From: a virus
Taxonomy: Duplodnaviria; Caudoviricetes
Reading direction: 5' to 3' (one strand)
Length of the DNA stretch: 64,000 bases
Virus record (IMG/VR): IMGVR_UViG_3300025450_001231
The notes below the pieces were generated by a model, which was given only the letters and a program-made list of their open reading frames with translations, searched no databases and was not told where the DNA came from. The position numbers were made by a program, and so were the translations under genes. Positions 1 to 9,623 of this stretch are shown one piece after another. The first letter of the stretch is position 1, and every line of letters begins with the position of its first letter.

Positions 1-1
1 C

Positions 2-3000
2 CAATGGTGGAATTCTGTTACCGCTATCGTCTACAGGAATAATTGCACTTAATCCGGGACGACTGAAAACGGGGTCTATGCCTTGACGTGGTCCTTGTGC
101 AATGTATCCAGCTTCTAAATCATCCCACAATATTTTATTACCACTGGTATAGGGTGCAGGACCGTACTGTGTATTCCACCAGCTGGGTTTTTCTGTAAAT
201 CCCAACATTTCCCAAGGAGCAGAGTCTGGATGTTGTGTATCATAAAAATACTCGTAACAAGCTCTCCAACTACCGGGCAATGTTTCTCCATTGACTGTGT
301 CAATGCTGCCACCATAGTTAAATGTAAAAGGATTTGATAAATCAGTAGTAGAATTAGTTGTATAATCCAATTGGTTTGAATTTGCCCAAGGTAAATATCC
401 TCTGCTCAATATCAAATTAAAATCTTTAGGGCTATAGGTGTTGGTTCTAAATTTACCAGGTTTAACTGAATATACATTTACAATTGATTCATCGTATACT
501 GCTTTGATGTTATTGTAAATTCTTTTTTCTAATTCTAGTAATAAAGAATCTCTGAAATCATTGAACACTGGAGTTAAACTGCCGTCGTGTCCTTGTATAA
601 ACTGTTGTGTAGTAAGATATGTGGTGTCAGTGACTATACCTGGTTTATATTTTGGATATAATCCTAATTTACTTGGCGTTTCTGGAATATAATTGCCATC
701 TGTACTTAGATATTCAACTACTTCTATTAGATCCCCAATGGCTAGCGTAACACTGGATGATAAACTAACACCAGCACTATTGGTCATAAACGTATAATCA
801 CGATTTAACAACAGTTGCGATCCGTTATGGTAAACTAAAATTGCACGACTGCTTAAAGTAGTAGGGCTAAAAATACTGCTGATTTCATAATTTCTTATGG
901 CTGCTTCTATTACTTTATGTGTGGTAATTGTTTTATTGTCCCCGTAAGGAACCATATCACTGTGGTACCAAGGGAATGTTTTGTTCTTGGCTTTATTAAT
1001 TTGTTTTAGAATATAATCAACACTTTCAGCAGCAGTATTAAAAACCAATTGGTTACTGTTACCAGCAAAGGTTATAAATTTATTCTTAAATCTTGCATAC
1101 TCAAATTGTGCTGTTTTGATGCTGTTAACAAAATTTAATTTGTCATCTGTCAAGAACATTGATGCCAAAGTAACAGGTCCGCTTTGTTGCAGAATAGTTC
1201 CGCCTTGCCCTACTACATCAATATTTCTTAAATTACTAACACCTGGATAACGACCCAAGAATTTTGTACTGTTTTGCGTTAGTTTGTTTATATGATTTCT
1301 CATATCTCCCAATGTTGGGGTAGTTAACACAGCATTTTGAGCATTGAAGTTTAAGTTGCCAGGAACTTCGTAAGTACCAAATTGGCTCACTTGTGTACTG
1401 TATACCAAAATATCTATTCTATCGGAATCTTTAAGAATTGTTGAATCTATAACAACAATTTGTGTATTATTCGGTCCAGCAGTTACAGTATATCTTGCAA
1501 CTGTTAATTTTTGATAGTTTACAAATACCAACAAAGAAGGAATTATTGCATCTGTTGCAGGAGGAACATCTATAGCAAATGAGTTTGTAATGCCGTCAAA
1601 TATGTAACTTATATCCTGATATTGTTTACTGTGCTCGACTACTGTACGCCATACATTTAATTTTTCAAACGATGAAGAACCTTCATTTTTATATAAGTAT
1701 CCACGATTTACTTTGTCAGTGTAGTTGACTTTATCAACAGTATAAACAAATGTATCGTTGTCAAAATTATTAACAAATTCGATATCACCTATATTATTGA
1801 TATTTTTATAGACCAGTGGGAATCCAAGTTCCTTGTCGGCAACACCTGTGCCAACTCCATAACTAAAGATTTTTGTACCAAAAAACGCAGAACTATTACT
1901 ACCAGGGTAAACTGCAGTATCACCAAAGCTAACACCGTTTACATCAAATACATCAAACATCGGCGGTTGATTCACTGATGTTTTTTGTTGTGCACGAATC
2001 CAATTTACACCATTGTAATAATAACTACCGCTGTTTTTCAAACCACTGGTAACTGTGACACTGGTATTTTCAGTTGCCGCAGTAACTGATGATAAATGTA
2101 TTGTTTTGACATCTGTGTTGGCTATTCCTATTTCGTCAACAAAATTTATTTTCCATACAGTTTCTGGAGTTTTTGGATTTTGCATTGCAGCAAAAATCAC
2201 AGTCATTCCGTTTGTCAAAGGCACACCGTCTATGGTAGTAGTAACTATACCATTGACTGACTTAACTTTACTGCCTTCTAAAGTTAAAAAAGGTTCTGTT
2301 ACTGTGGTATCTAATAGAGTAACTGGAGTAATACCAGTGGTACCAAAATTATATAATTTTAAGTCTGCTTCAAATTCAATAATAGGTCTATTGGCTCTTG
2401 CAAGGCCTTTTAATTGTGGACTGGATCTTTCTGTTTGATCCGCAGTAATAAAATCTGTATCTGCAGTTAAATTTGCAGCCAATGGATAAGGATATACTGT
2501 TTCGTCTGCAGTTAATGGCACTGTAGGGACATTACTGCCTGTGATTACATCTTGGTGAAACCAACGATTGTTAGTGCTCCAAGGATTAACATCACTGCTG
2601 GCTCTATTGATTGTTATATAATCTTTAACTGTGGATCCCAAAGATCCAGTCTCTGCATTTAACAACGTTTGAACATCTACTAGTTTAATACCGGTACCCA
2701 CACCTTCGACATAATATTCTTTATTTTGATATGTTTCTGGTATTACAGTATTGTCAAATCTAACTTTAAGACCATTGACAAATTCAACTGCATTAGGGCT
2801 GATGTAACGTGTTTGTCCCAATATGTCGGTTTCAACATTTATAGTGTTGACTGCAGGATCAATAATACGAATAGTTCCTTGCTCACTGGTAACTACTCCG
2901 TCTTGATAATAGTAAGTACCTTGTGTTGCGTCTGTTGGAACTACAAAAGTAATGGTACCTGTATCGATACCGTTATTTGTTACTCCTGCAATATTAGGAT

Positions 3001-3631
3001 GTGTGCCGAATTCACCTATAACATTCTGTATCCAAAAAGGCTTACCTGGCTGATTAACGTGAAAATTATACGCATACCCTTTGGCCAACACCAAGTCAGG
3101 ATTGGCAATTTGATTCCAATTGCTAAAATTGTAAACACCCTGACTATCAATAGGAAATACTGTAATTTCTGAATTTAAGTAGATGTTGCCTGCACTTACG
3201 AATACACTATCAGGTCCTTCAGGTACCCAATAGTAGTGTGTAAAGTTGATAAACGCATCTAAATTAATGTGCGGGTCATAACTGTAGTACTCGCTGTCCC
3301 ACAGTCTACTTTGATTTGTTACGTTTCCGCCAAAATAACTAATTTGTTGTAGTACTTCGGGATAAGTTACATGAAACTCTATGTCCTGAGTCGCAGGATC
3401 TGTTACTGCAACACTAGGCTCAAGTTGATAAGTGGCTCGAGTTAAGTCAGGTTCTCTGATATAGTTTGTAATAGATTCAAACCCAGGAGCAAACTTGCGA
3501 CCTACATATCCGCTGATTGTTTTTAAGTTGCTTTCGGTTACTAACTGATCTAAAGTTGCATTTAAGAACTTTTTATTAGTTTCACTTTGGAATGTTCCTG
3601 GTAACAGATTTACCGTTTTTGTAATTGGCAT
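2..3631 (-). CDS. large baseplate/tail structural protein, 3'-truncated by the window edge (>=1210 aa; begins MPITKTVNLLPGTFQSETNKKFLNATLDQL)
   Basis: Missing from the ORF track because it has no stop in the window. ATG at 3631-3629, 12 nt after the gp6 stop. Hand translation of the first ~230 codons and of the left edge (PGLSAIIPVDDSGNRIPPL) is open in the same frame; the middle was not fully translated. Product inferred from its position after gp6. Confidence 0.75.
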   Translation of the reverse strand, partial: MPITKTVNLLPGTFQSETNKKFLNATLDQLVTESNLKTISGYVGRKFAPGFESITNYIREPDLTRATYQLEPSVAVTDPATQDIEFHVTYPEVLQQISYFGGNVTNQSRLWDSEYYSYDPHINLDAFINFTHYYWVPEGPDSVFVSAGNIYLNSEITVFPIDSQGVYNFSNWNQIANPDLVLAKGYAYNFHVNQPGKPFWIQNVIGEFGTHPNIAGVTNNGIDTGTITFVVPTDATQGTYYYQDGVVTSEQGTIRIIDPAVNTINVETDILGQTRYISPNAVEFVNGLKVRFDNTVIPETYQNKEYYVEGVGTGIKLVDVQTLLNAETGSLGSTVKDYITINRASSDVNPWSTNNRWFHQDVITGSNVPTVPLTADETVYPYPLAANLTADTDFITADQTERSSPQLKGLARANRPIIEFEADLKLYNFGTTGITPVTLLDTTVTEPFLTLEGSKVKSVNGIVTTTIDGVPLTNGMTVIFAAMQNPKTPETVWKINFVDEIGIANTDVKTIHLSSVTAATENTSVTVTSGLKNSGSYYYNGVNWIRAQQKTSVNQPPMFDVFDVNGVSFGDTAVYPGSNSSAFFGTKIFSYGVGTGVADKELGFPLVYKNINNIGDIEFVNNFDNDTFVYTVDKVNYTDKVNRGYLYKNEGSSSFEKLNVWRTVVEHSKQYQDISYIFDGITNSFAIDVPPATDAIIPSLLVFVNYQKLTVARYTVTAGPNNTQIVVIDSTILKDSDRIDILVYSTQVSQFGTYEVPGNLNFNAQNAVLTTPTLGDMRNHINKLTQNSTKFLGRYPGVSNLRNIDVVGQGGTILQQSGPVTLASMFLTDDKLNFVNSIKTAQFEYARFKNKFITFAGNSNQLVFNTAAESVDYILKQINKAKNKTFPWYHSDMVPYGDNKTITTHKVIEAAIRNYEISSIFSPTTLSSRAILVYHNGSQLLLNRDYTFMTNSAGVSLSSSVTLAIGDLIEVVEYLSTDGNYIPETPSKLGLYPKYKPGIVTDTTYLTTQQFIQGHDGSLTPVFNDFRDSLLLELEKRIYNNIKAVYDESIVNVYSVKPGKFRTNTYSPKDFNLILSRGYLPWANSNQLDYTTNSTTDLSNPFTFNYGGSIDTVNGETLPGSWRACYEYFYDTQHPDSAPWEMLGFTEKPSWWNTQYGPAPYTSGNKILWDDLEAGYIAQGPRQGIDPVFSRPGLSAIIPVDDSGNRIPPL

Positions 3632-3643
3632 AACTCGTTCTGA

Positions 3644-6600
3644 TTAGTTTATAATAGTATTTACCAATTGATTTTGTAGGTTCAATTGAGCGGCGGTGAT
3701 AGCAGTGATTACCTCAATGTTTTCAACAGTGGCACAACTGATTAATATTTCATTTGGCCCACTGCTAATCTGTTGCATACTACCATAAATTTGACCAGCA
3801 GTGTTAGGAACGATAATGATACTACTGATGTTAGGTGCCATTGCTTGTTGAATATAAGTGGCTAATTCAGTGAAGTAGAAAGTTTCGCCGAAATCCCAGT
3901 TACTGGTGTTGAAGTAATTGTTAATATACATTAGCACTTGACTGCGAATTTCGCTGTCACTTACATTTACATTTGAATTTTTAATTACTTTGAAAGTAGC
4001 TTGTAGTGTAGAATCTGCTTTAGAGCCAAACAAAGGCTTGAATGTAGCAGAATTATAAATGATAGCATCACTTACACTCTTATAATTTTCCAAGTCATTA
4101 TACAACAGTCTAAGACTTTCGCTAGTTGGTACACTGGGTTCTGCAATCGCACCGGTTGTGTCTGTTACCCAAGAAATATAGTCTCTTTCGTATTGAGTTG
4201 TCAGAATATACATATCAATAAGATTACTGGGGCTTGGGTCTATGCGTCTGTTTCCTGGAGCATTGTGTCTGTATTGGAAATATAAACCCTGTCTTCCAGT
4301 TTTTACAATATAATCTGCAGTGGCCGATAAGCTATAGACCCCATTAGTCACTGATAACAAGTAAAAATTTTGTTCATCTGTGGCGTAGAACAATTGACCG
4401 TCCAGATAGTTTGCTAATTTATTTTTGATACTTTGTTGATTAGGATATTCAACATTTACCGTGGTATTGTCGACTAGTGTATAGGTAATAAAACTATCGT
4501 AACCATACGTTTTTTGGAAGAATACCAACTTCTTGGCAACATCAACATCGGGTTGAACAATGGTTTTGAATATATCTGGATTGTCGGGAACGCCATTATA
4601 ATTAGAATCGGCAAATGTGATTAACACTTTACTATTATCAACATAACCGTCGCTTTCTGCTACTTGATTGTCAATAAACCAAGTGATGTTTTCCTGCAAA
4701 GGTTGATTTGTATCTGGGTCTCCGTTTACTTTTAGTACGTTAACAAAGTCGTGTATTGTTGATCCAGTTACACTATCAAAAATCTTAACTTGTTTGTCGA
4801 AATAAAATTTAGTTTGGTTTGCACTTTCAAATACATAACTAAGTCCTCGAGCAGTCACTGTATAAATTAAGTCATTGACTGTAAAATTCAGTAACCAACT
4901 GCTGTCACTGTTAGTGCCATTGGATGAACCTTGATTGGCTTGACTAAAAGGCTTAGTAGAATTTATGTTTTGTAAAGAAACAATTGCCCAACTGTTGGTA
5001 GCTTGGTCAAATCGAATCGCAAACTCTGTGTAACTTTGTATTAGTTTAATTAAAGTAGCAACAAATGTACTGCTAAAAGAGTTACTAAAACTTGGAATAA
5101 CTGTGGTTGCAATTGCACCAGACGGTACATTTTGGCTCAGAGTTACTGGACCAAGACCTGATGTTAACACGCCTTGAGCACCGGTTCCTACTAATTGTGT
5201 TACTGCCACATATAATAACGGTTGTCCGTTGGGAGGTAATACCCCAGACGCAGGTAATGCTACTATTTCATTTTGACTATTAAAATAGTTGCCTGTGCCA
5301 GGACTAAACACTACGATACTTTCAAGTGTTAGATAAGAGTTATTGCCGCTTACATCACTTCCAATTGCTTGTGGAGTTCCGGTACTGCTTACAAAATAAC
5401 CAGTACTTGCTCCTGTAGCAACTGTAGTTCTATTCCAGGCCATATTTGTTAAACTAAAACGATTGAAGTTTTCGTAATAAAAATGAGCCATCGACGAATT
5501 TTCGATGATAGGAGTTAACTGATTATCAATTACTTTTAATATGTCTGCAGTTGTATTCCAAGTAAAATCAAAATATCTAGTGGCATCTTCTTTATAGATA
5601 ACACCGTCATCTGCAAATATATTTGTACTACTGTATCTTCCTGTAGTGTCAATTACATCCAAGTATCTACTTACACCACTGCTACTGCGGTTAACAGATT
5701 TGATTTTACTAATACTGTTAAAATAACCATAAGGGAAAGTATTGTAATCTTCTCCAGTAACCATACGATTTTGTGTATAGTATTGTTGTGGAGCTCTTGT
5801 ACTGATATCTTTAATACTTTCAGTGGCGATGCTATTGGCAATAGTATACTTCAAACTTGCAACTATGGTCAGTGTTTCCAATCTGCCAGCTCTGCTGACA
5901 TAGGGAATACTCAATTTGATGTTTTGCATTTCATCTGGAGTAATTTTATATGCAAGGCCTGCACTGGTTCTAAAGTATGTTCTAAAACTACCTTGTGGAA
6001 TTTGTGCAAAAGTACCGTCGCCAAATACTAAATCAATTTGGTCATTGTTGCGAGTATTCACTTGAAAGCTTTTTTGTGCAGAATTGTTATTATAGATAAT
6101 GTTAACACCAGCCACTGCTGGAACTTGTGTCCACTCATAACGAACAGTACCTGCATTGGACAATTCATACAACCAAACATCAGTATTATTAATATTGTTA
6201 TAATTGATACTGACTAGATTATTTGGTACACTTTCAGTCACTCCAAAATTTACATTTTGCAATGAACCTTGTTTGAAATAAGCAAAAAATCCAGTGTTGT
6301 TGCTGGCATTGCCTAAGTTATCGTTTTTATAAAGAATATTCAACGGTGCACTAGGTTGTGGACTTACTTCATAGATATAGTCTTTACCCACACTACTGGC
6401 GCTGACGATTTCAAAATTCAAGCTTGTGCTTTCAACTTGTGTTTGAAATGCGTACACTGGCAAGTTGTTTGCGGGTGTATTGATCTGATACTCGTCATTT
6501 ACTACCCCGTTGATAGTTTGACTATTGCTGGGTTTACCTATGTATTGATTTGACTGCAAAGATGCATTAATAACCGACACAAATTGTTCATACCAATTGA

Positions 6601-7048
6601 TATTTGTGTTGTCATTCCAGCGTATAATAGCATTGGTAATATCAATACCACTGCTGTCACTTATTGGCTCAGTGGTTTGGACACTGACAAATTTCAAATA
6701 ACCTGATGCTGTTTGATTACGTTTAGGAACATAACTAACTAACTTGGCTAATTTAAGAATACTGTCACGGCGTTGTGCGGTATCAATAAAATTTTCACGG
6801 GCATTTAAGTCTGTACGAAATGCTAAACTTTGTCCCAAGAAGGCAATTAAATCCAATAAAGCAATATACTCACTGCTTTCTACAAAATCATTGAAGTCCT
6901 CGGGATAATAAAGTTGTAGATAATCAACCATGCTTTTGCGCAAGGTTTGAAAGTCATAGCTTTGAAAATCTGCGTTCCTAAAGCTTTCGTATAATCTTGT
7001 CCAATCTTGATTAACAAGTAGACTATTTTGTCTGGATGTGGTTGCCAT
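3644..7048 (-). CDS. gp6: baseplate wedge subunit, T4 gp6-like (1134 aa)
   Basis: N-terminal YDFQTLRKSMVDYL...DFVESSEYIALLDLIAFLG...ENFIDTAQRRDSILKLAKLVSYVPKR and ESIKDISTRAPQQYYTQNRMVTGEDY are gp6/baseplate-J-like motifs; lies next to gp25. Confidence 0.9.
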   Translation of the reverse strand: MATTSRQNSLLVNQDWTRLYESFRNADFQSYDFQTLRKSMVDYLQLYYPEDFNDFVESSEYIALLDLIAFLGQSLAFRTDLNARENFIDTAQRRDSILKLAKLVSYVPKRNQTASGYLKFVSVQTTEPISDSSGIDITNAIIRWNDNTNINWYEQFVSVINASLQSNQYIGKPSNSQTINGVVNDEYQINTPANNLPVYAFQTQVESTSLNFEIVSASSVGKDYIYEVSPQPSAPLNILYKNDNLGNASNNTGFFAYFKQGSLQNVNFGVTESVPNNLVSINYNNINNTDVWLYELSNAGTVRYEWTQVPAVAGVNIIYNNNSAQKSFQVNTRNNDQIDLVFGDGTFAQIPQGSFRTYFRTSAGLAYKITPDEMQNIKLSIPYVSRAGRLETLTIVASLKYTIANSIATESIKDISTRAPQQYYTQNRMVTGEDYNTFPYGYFNSISKIKSVNRSSSGVSRYLDVIDTTGRYSSTNIFADDGVIYKEDATRYFDFTWNTTADILKVIDNQLTPIIENSSMAHFYYENFNRFSLTNMAWNRTTVATGASTGYFVSSTGTPQAIGSDVSGNNSYLTLESIVVFSPGTGNYFNSQNEIVALPASGVLPPNGQPLLYVAVTQLVGTGAQGVLTSGLGPVTLSQNVPSGAIATTVIPSFSNSFSSTFVATLIKLIQSYTEFAIRFDQATNSWAIVSLQNINSTKPFSQANQGSSNGTNSDSSWLLNFTVNDLIYTVTARGLSYVFESANQTKFYFDKQVKIFDSVTGSTIHDFVNVLKVNGDPDTNQPLQENITWFIDNQVAESDGYVDNSKVLITFADSNYNGVPDNPDIFKTIVQPDVDVAKKLVFFQKTYGYDSFITYTLVDNTTVNVEYPNQQSIKNKLANYLDGQLFYATDEQNFYLLSVTNGVYSLSATADYIVKTGRQGLYFQYRHNAPGNRRIDPSPSNLIDMYILTTQYERDYISWVTDTTGAIAEPSVPTSESLRLLYNDLENYKSVSDAIIYNSATFKPLFGSKADSTLQATFKVIKNSNVNVSDSEIRSQVLMYINNYFNTSNWDFGETFYFTELATYIQQAMAPNISSIIIVPNTAGQIYGSMQQISSGPNEILISCATVENIEVITAITAAQLNLQNQLVNTIIN

Positions 7049-7065
7049 ACTGTTCCCGTTTTAAG

Positions 7066-7071
7066 TATTTA
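7066..7071 (-). promoter_or_regulatory. late promoter motif TAAATA (gp6)
   Basis: TAAATA 17 nt upstream of the gp6 ATG; the same hexamer recurs before most structural genes; resembles the T4 gp55 promoter TATAAATA. Confidence 0.6.
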
Positions 7072-7106
7072 TTGCATTTGAAATATGCTAACTTAAAGGT
7101 ACAGTT

Positions 7107-7481
7107 TTAGTTGGTGGTCATTGAATTAGATTCGTTACTGAAGTTTAATTCTAACTTAGAAACTTGGCCTGTTGCAATATACAGTAAATCAAATTGAATT
7201 TGTATACCTTTGTCATATTTTGTTACTACAACATTGCTTGCAGAGACTCTTGGATCATAAGCTATAATCTTGTAAACGTCATTGGTGATGGCATTTTGCA
7301 AATCACTGTCCATTGGATCGAACAGTCTATCCCAAATAATAGTACCAAAACTGGGATTCATCAACTTTTCGCCTCTGCGAATATTAAAATTGTTCGTGAC
7401 GTCTTGTTTAACCAACTTGAAATCGGTTAATCGAAACTTTTTACCGCCATTCGCAGTACTGAATCCGTTATATAGTGCCAT
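7107..7481 (-). CDS. gp25: baseplate wedge protein, gp25-like (124 aa)
   Basis: VKQDVTNNFNIRRGEKLMNPSFGTIIWDRLFDPM...IIAYDPRV is the GPW/gp25 signature. Confidence 0.9.
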   Translation of the reverse strand: MALYNGFSTANGGKKFRLTDFKLVKQDVTNNFNIRRGEKLMNPSFGTIIWDRLFDPMDSDLQNAITNDVYKIIAYDPRVSASNVVVTKYDKGIQIQFDLLYIATGQVSKLELNFSNESNSMTTN

Positions 7482-7485
7482 ATTG

Positions 7486-7491
7486 TATTTA
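7486..7491 (-). promoter_or_regulatory. late promoter motif TAAATA only 4 nt before the gp25 ATG
   Basis: Minus strand reads GGTGTAAATACAATATG. Confidence 0.55.
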
Positions 7492-7499
7492 CACCTTAA

Positions 7500-9623
7500 T
7501 TAACGCAATGCCACTGACGTCATTGGAACTCTACTGGCATTGCTGGCCTGTATAGTAGGAACTTGACTCTGACTATAAACGCCTCTGTTATAATAACTAG
7601 CAACAGTTGTACCGTTAGCATCACTGCTGCTAATACCTTGTTGTGCCCACGTGGTTACTGCTCCTGCTCCTACTAGGTGACTGGCTTGCAGGAATCCTGC
7701 AGTTTGATCAGTTGGGGTATTTGCAGTAATAACTCCAGTTCTTTGTAGTGCTGCATAGTTATTGGCAGTATAGTTGTACATCTGTTGTTCTTGTACAGAA
7801 GGGTTATTTAAGAAATCTTGTGGACTGTTTAATCCGTCTTTTCCTGTCCAATTTGCAGGATTCATCACTGTGGCTTGTGTTGTGCCTGGTTTTACATATC
7901 CAGCATCGGCTAGTGCAGCTGCGCCCATTTGATATTTGCCGAGATAATTGTATTGATTTTTAGATCCGTAATTTCCGCCACTTTCATTAAATCCAACCTG
8001 AGCCATATAGGCCTGTAGTTGATCCTCGCTCAATGCTCCTAATCCTTTGCCAGGAGCAGGTTGCTTTAAGAATGAACTAGTGGGTGCCAAATTTGAAGCA
8101 GGTTGATTGGCAGCCAGGCCTGGGCCTATGTTAGAATTTTTACTACCGCCGTAGCCTTTGGCAGTTAACCCTCTTGAAATAGGATTACCTTTGATGTCTA
8201 TTCCTCTAATAATAGCTTGTGCTTGTGCCTCTGCAGAACTTTGAGTAGATCTAAGATAGGGTTCGTGAGTAGGAACTTTATAGGCCGCACTTTGTATATG
8301 ATTAGTTTCAATTTTCCAACCAATGTTACCATCGCTTATAGTATCAAATAGACTGTATCGAGTTAAAGGTGTTGGAGGATTTACCTGTGGTACCTGTGCT
8401 CCGCCATTTATATCTACTGGCTTGCCTGTTAATATAAGTGGGCCTGCTGCTTCTACTCCAATAAAACCTCCGGCCAATAACGACATATTTTGTGTGGTTG
8501 CAATTTGTCCGTTACCTGCATAAACATTTAATAGATCTTTAGCAGTGGTGTTAACTGTTAAACTTTCAGTATTAACAGACTGTCCAGCATAAACATTAAA
8601 ATTTCTGGCGGCATTGATGGTGACATCAATATCACTGTGCATCATCAAGTTGCCTTGAGTACGAATACTCAGATCTCGTTTGGCATAAATCAGCACATCG
8701 CCTTCTTTGGTCAGTTCAACCCAACTGTTGCCAGTTGCATTGCTAATGTATAGTATCCCTTCGCTGTCGTTCATCAATAGCTGATGCCCGGCTGCAGTTC
8801 GCAATCTAGTTAATATACTTTCTTTATTGGCATCCCCGTCGTCCATTGTTAAACTATGGCCACCTACTCGAGTGGTAACTGGATCTGTATAATCTGGACT
8901 GTCTTGGGCAGGAATAGGTCTGCCAGGTGTGCTAATACCAAATACTCCACTGACTCCTTCTCGCTGAGCACTACTAGTTAGTGTTCCCCTGACAGGGTCG
9001 TCTTGGAGTCCTTGATTAATCAAATGCGCCAATTGATAAGGATGCAATGGTTTTGCTTCTCCAGCCCAACCACTATTGAATACACCGGGATTTTGTTCAT
9101 TAAATTCTCCAGTGGGATATATATTTCCGGGCTTAACATACTGTGCCAAAGCAGCAGGTATACTGTCTGGTTCAATCAACTCCTTAGGCAAACTACCTAT
9201 TGAAGGTATCATATGTCTACTTAGATTGTGATTAACACACGCAAACCAGTATCCGCCTTCTATCATTTTACCTTCAGGAAAACAACACAATACAAGATTA
9301 TCTATGTCCGGTGGGATCATAGTAAATCCGTAAGTTTGTTTTGTTTTGTCAAATGAATTAGTTTGATCTGAACTACCTATAGGCCCAGGAGTCGATCCCA
9401 TGAAAGGACTAGCATACAAAACCTTAAACCAGTTTTGTGGATTAGTTGGGTCGTTACCTCCGAATCCATCTATATAAACGTGCAACAATCCACTGCGTGT
9501 GCCAGTGTCCACCAGCTTAACCACACCAACATATATGCCAGGTGTTAAGGGAATAATACTTTTCGTCGAGTCAGTGAAACTGGCTTGACGATTTTTATTC
9601 ATGTACCCGCTATAAGTACTCAT
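7500..9623 (-). CDS. gp5: baseplate hub/spike protein, gp5-like, with C-terminal lysozyme-like domain (707 aa)
   Basis: N-terminal OB-fold-like GIYVGVVK...G.L.VYI; central GHSLTMDD...RLRTAAGHQLLMNDS...SWVELTKEG spike repeats; C-terminal ESGGNY..KNQYNYLGKYQMG lysozyme-fold motif. Confidence 0.8.
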   Translation of the reverse strand: MSTYSGYMNKNRQASFTDSTKSIIPLTPGIYVGVVKLVDTGTRSGLLHVYIDGFGGNDPTNPQNWFKVLYASPFMGSTPGPIGSSDQTNSFDKTKQTYGFTMIPPDIDNLVLCCFPEGKMIEGGYWFACVNHNLSRHMIPSIGSLPKELIEPDSIPAALAQYVKPGNIYPTGEFNEQNPGVFNSGWAGEAKPLHPYQLAHLINQGLQDDPVRGTLTSSAQREGVSGVFGISTPGRPIPAQDSPDYTDPVTTRVGGHSLTMDDGDANKESILTRLRTAAGHQLLMNDSEGILYISNATGNSWVELTKEGDVLIYAKRDLSIRTQGNLMMHSDIDVTINAARNFNVYAGQSVNTESLTVNTTAKDLLNVYAGNGQIATTQNMSLLAGGFIGVEAAGPLILTGKPVDINGGAQVPQVNPPTPLTRYSLFDTISDGNIGWKIETNHIQSAAYKVPTHEPYLRSTQSSAEAQAQAIIRGIDIKGNPISRGLTAKGYGGSKNSNIGPGLAANQPASNLAPTSSFLKQPAPGKGLGALSEDQLQAYMAQVGFNESGGNYGSKNQYNYLGKYQMGAAALADAGYVKPGTTQATVMNPANWTGKDGLNSPQDFLNNPSVQEQQMYNYTANNYAALQRTGVITANTPTDQTAGFLQASHLVGAGAVTTWAQQGISSSDANGTTVASYYNRGVYSQSQVPTIQASNASRVPMTSVALR

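Noticed and set aside
115-3172. ORFs 115-315, 2055-2438 and 2726-3172
   Set aside because: They overlap the long minus-strand gene running from 3631 off the window edge.
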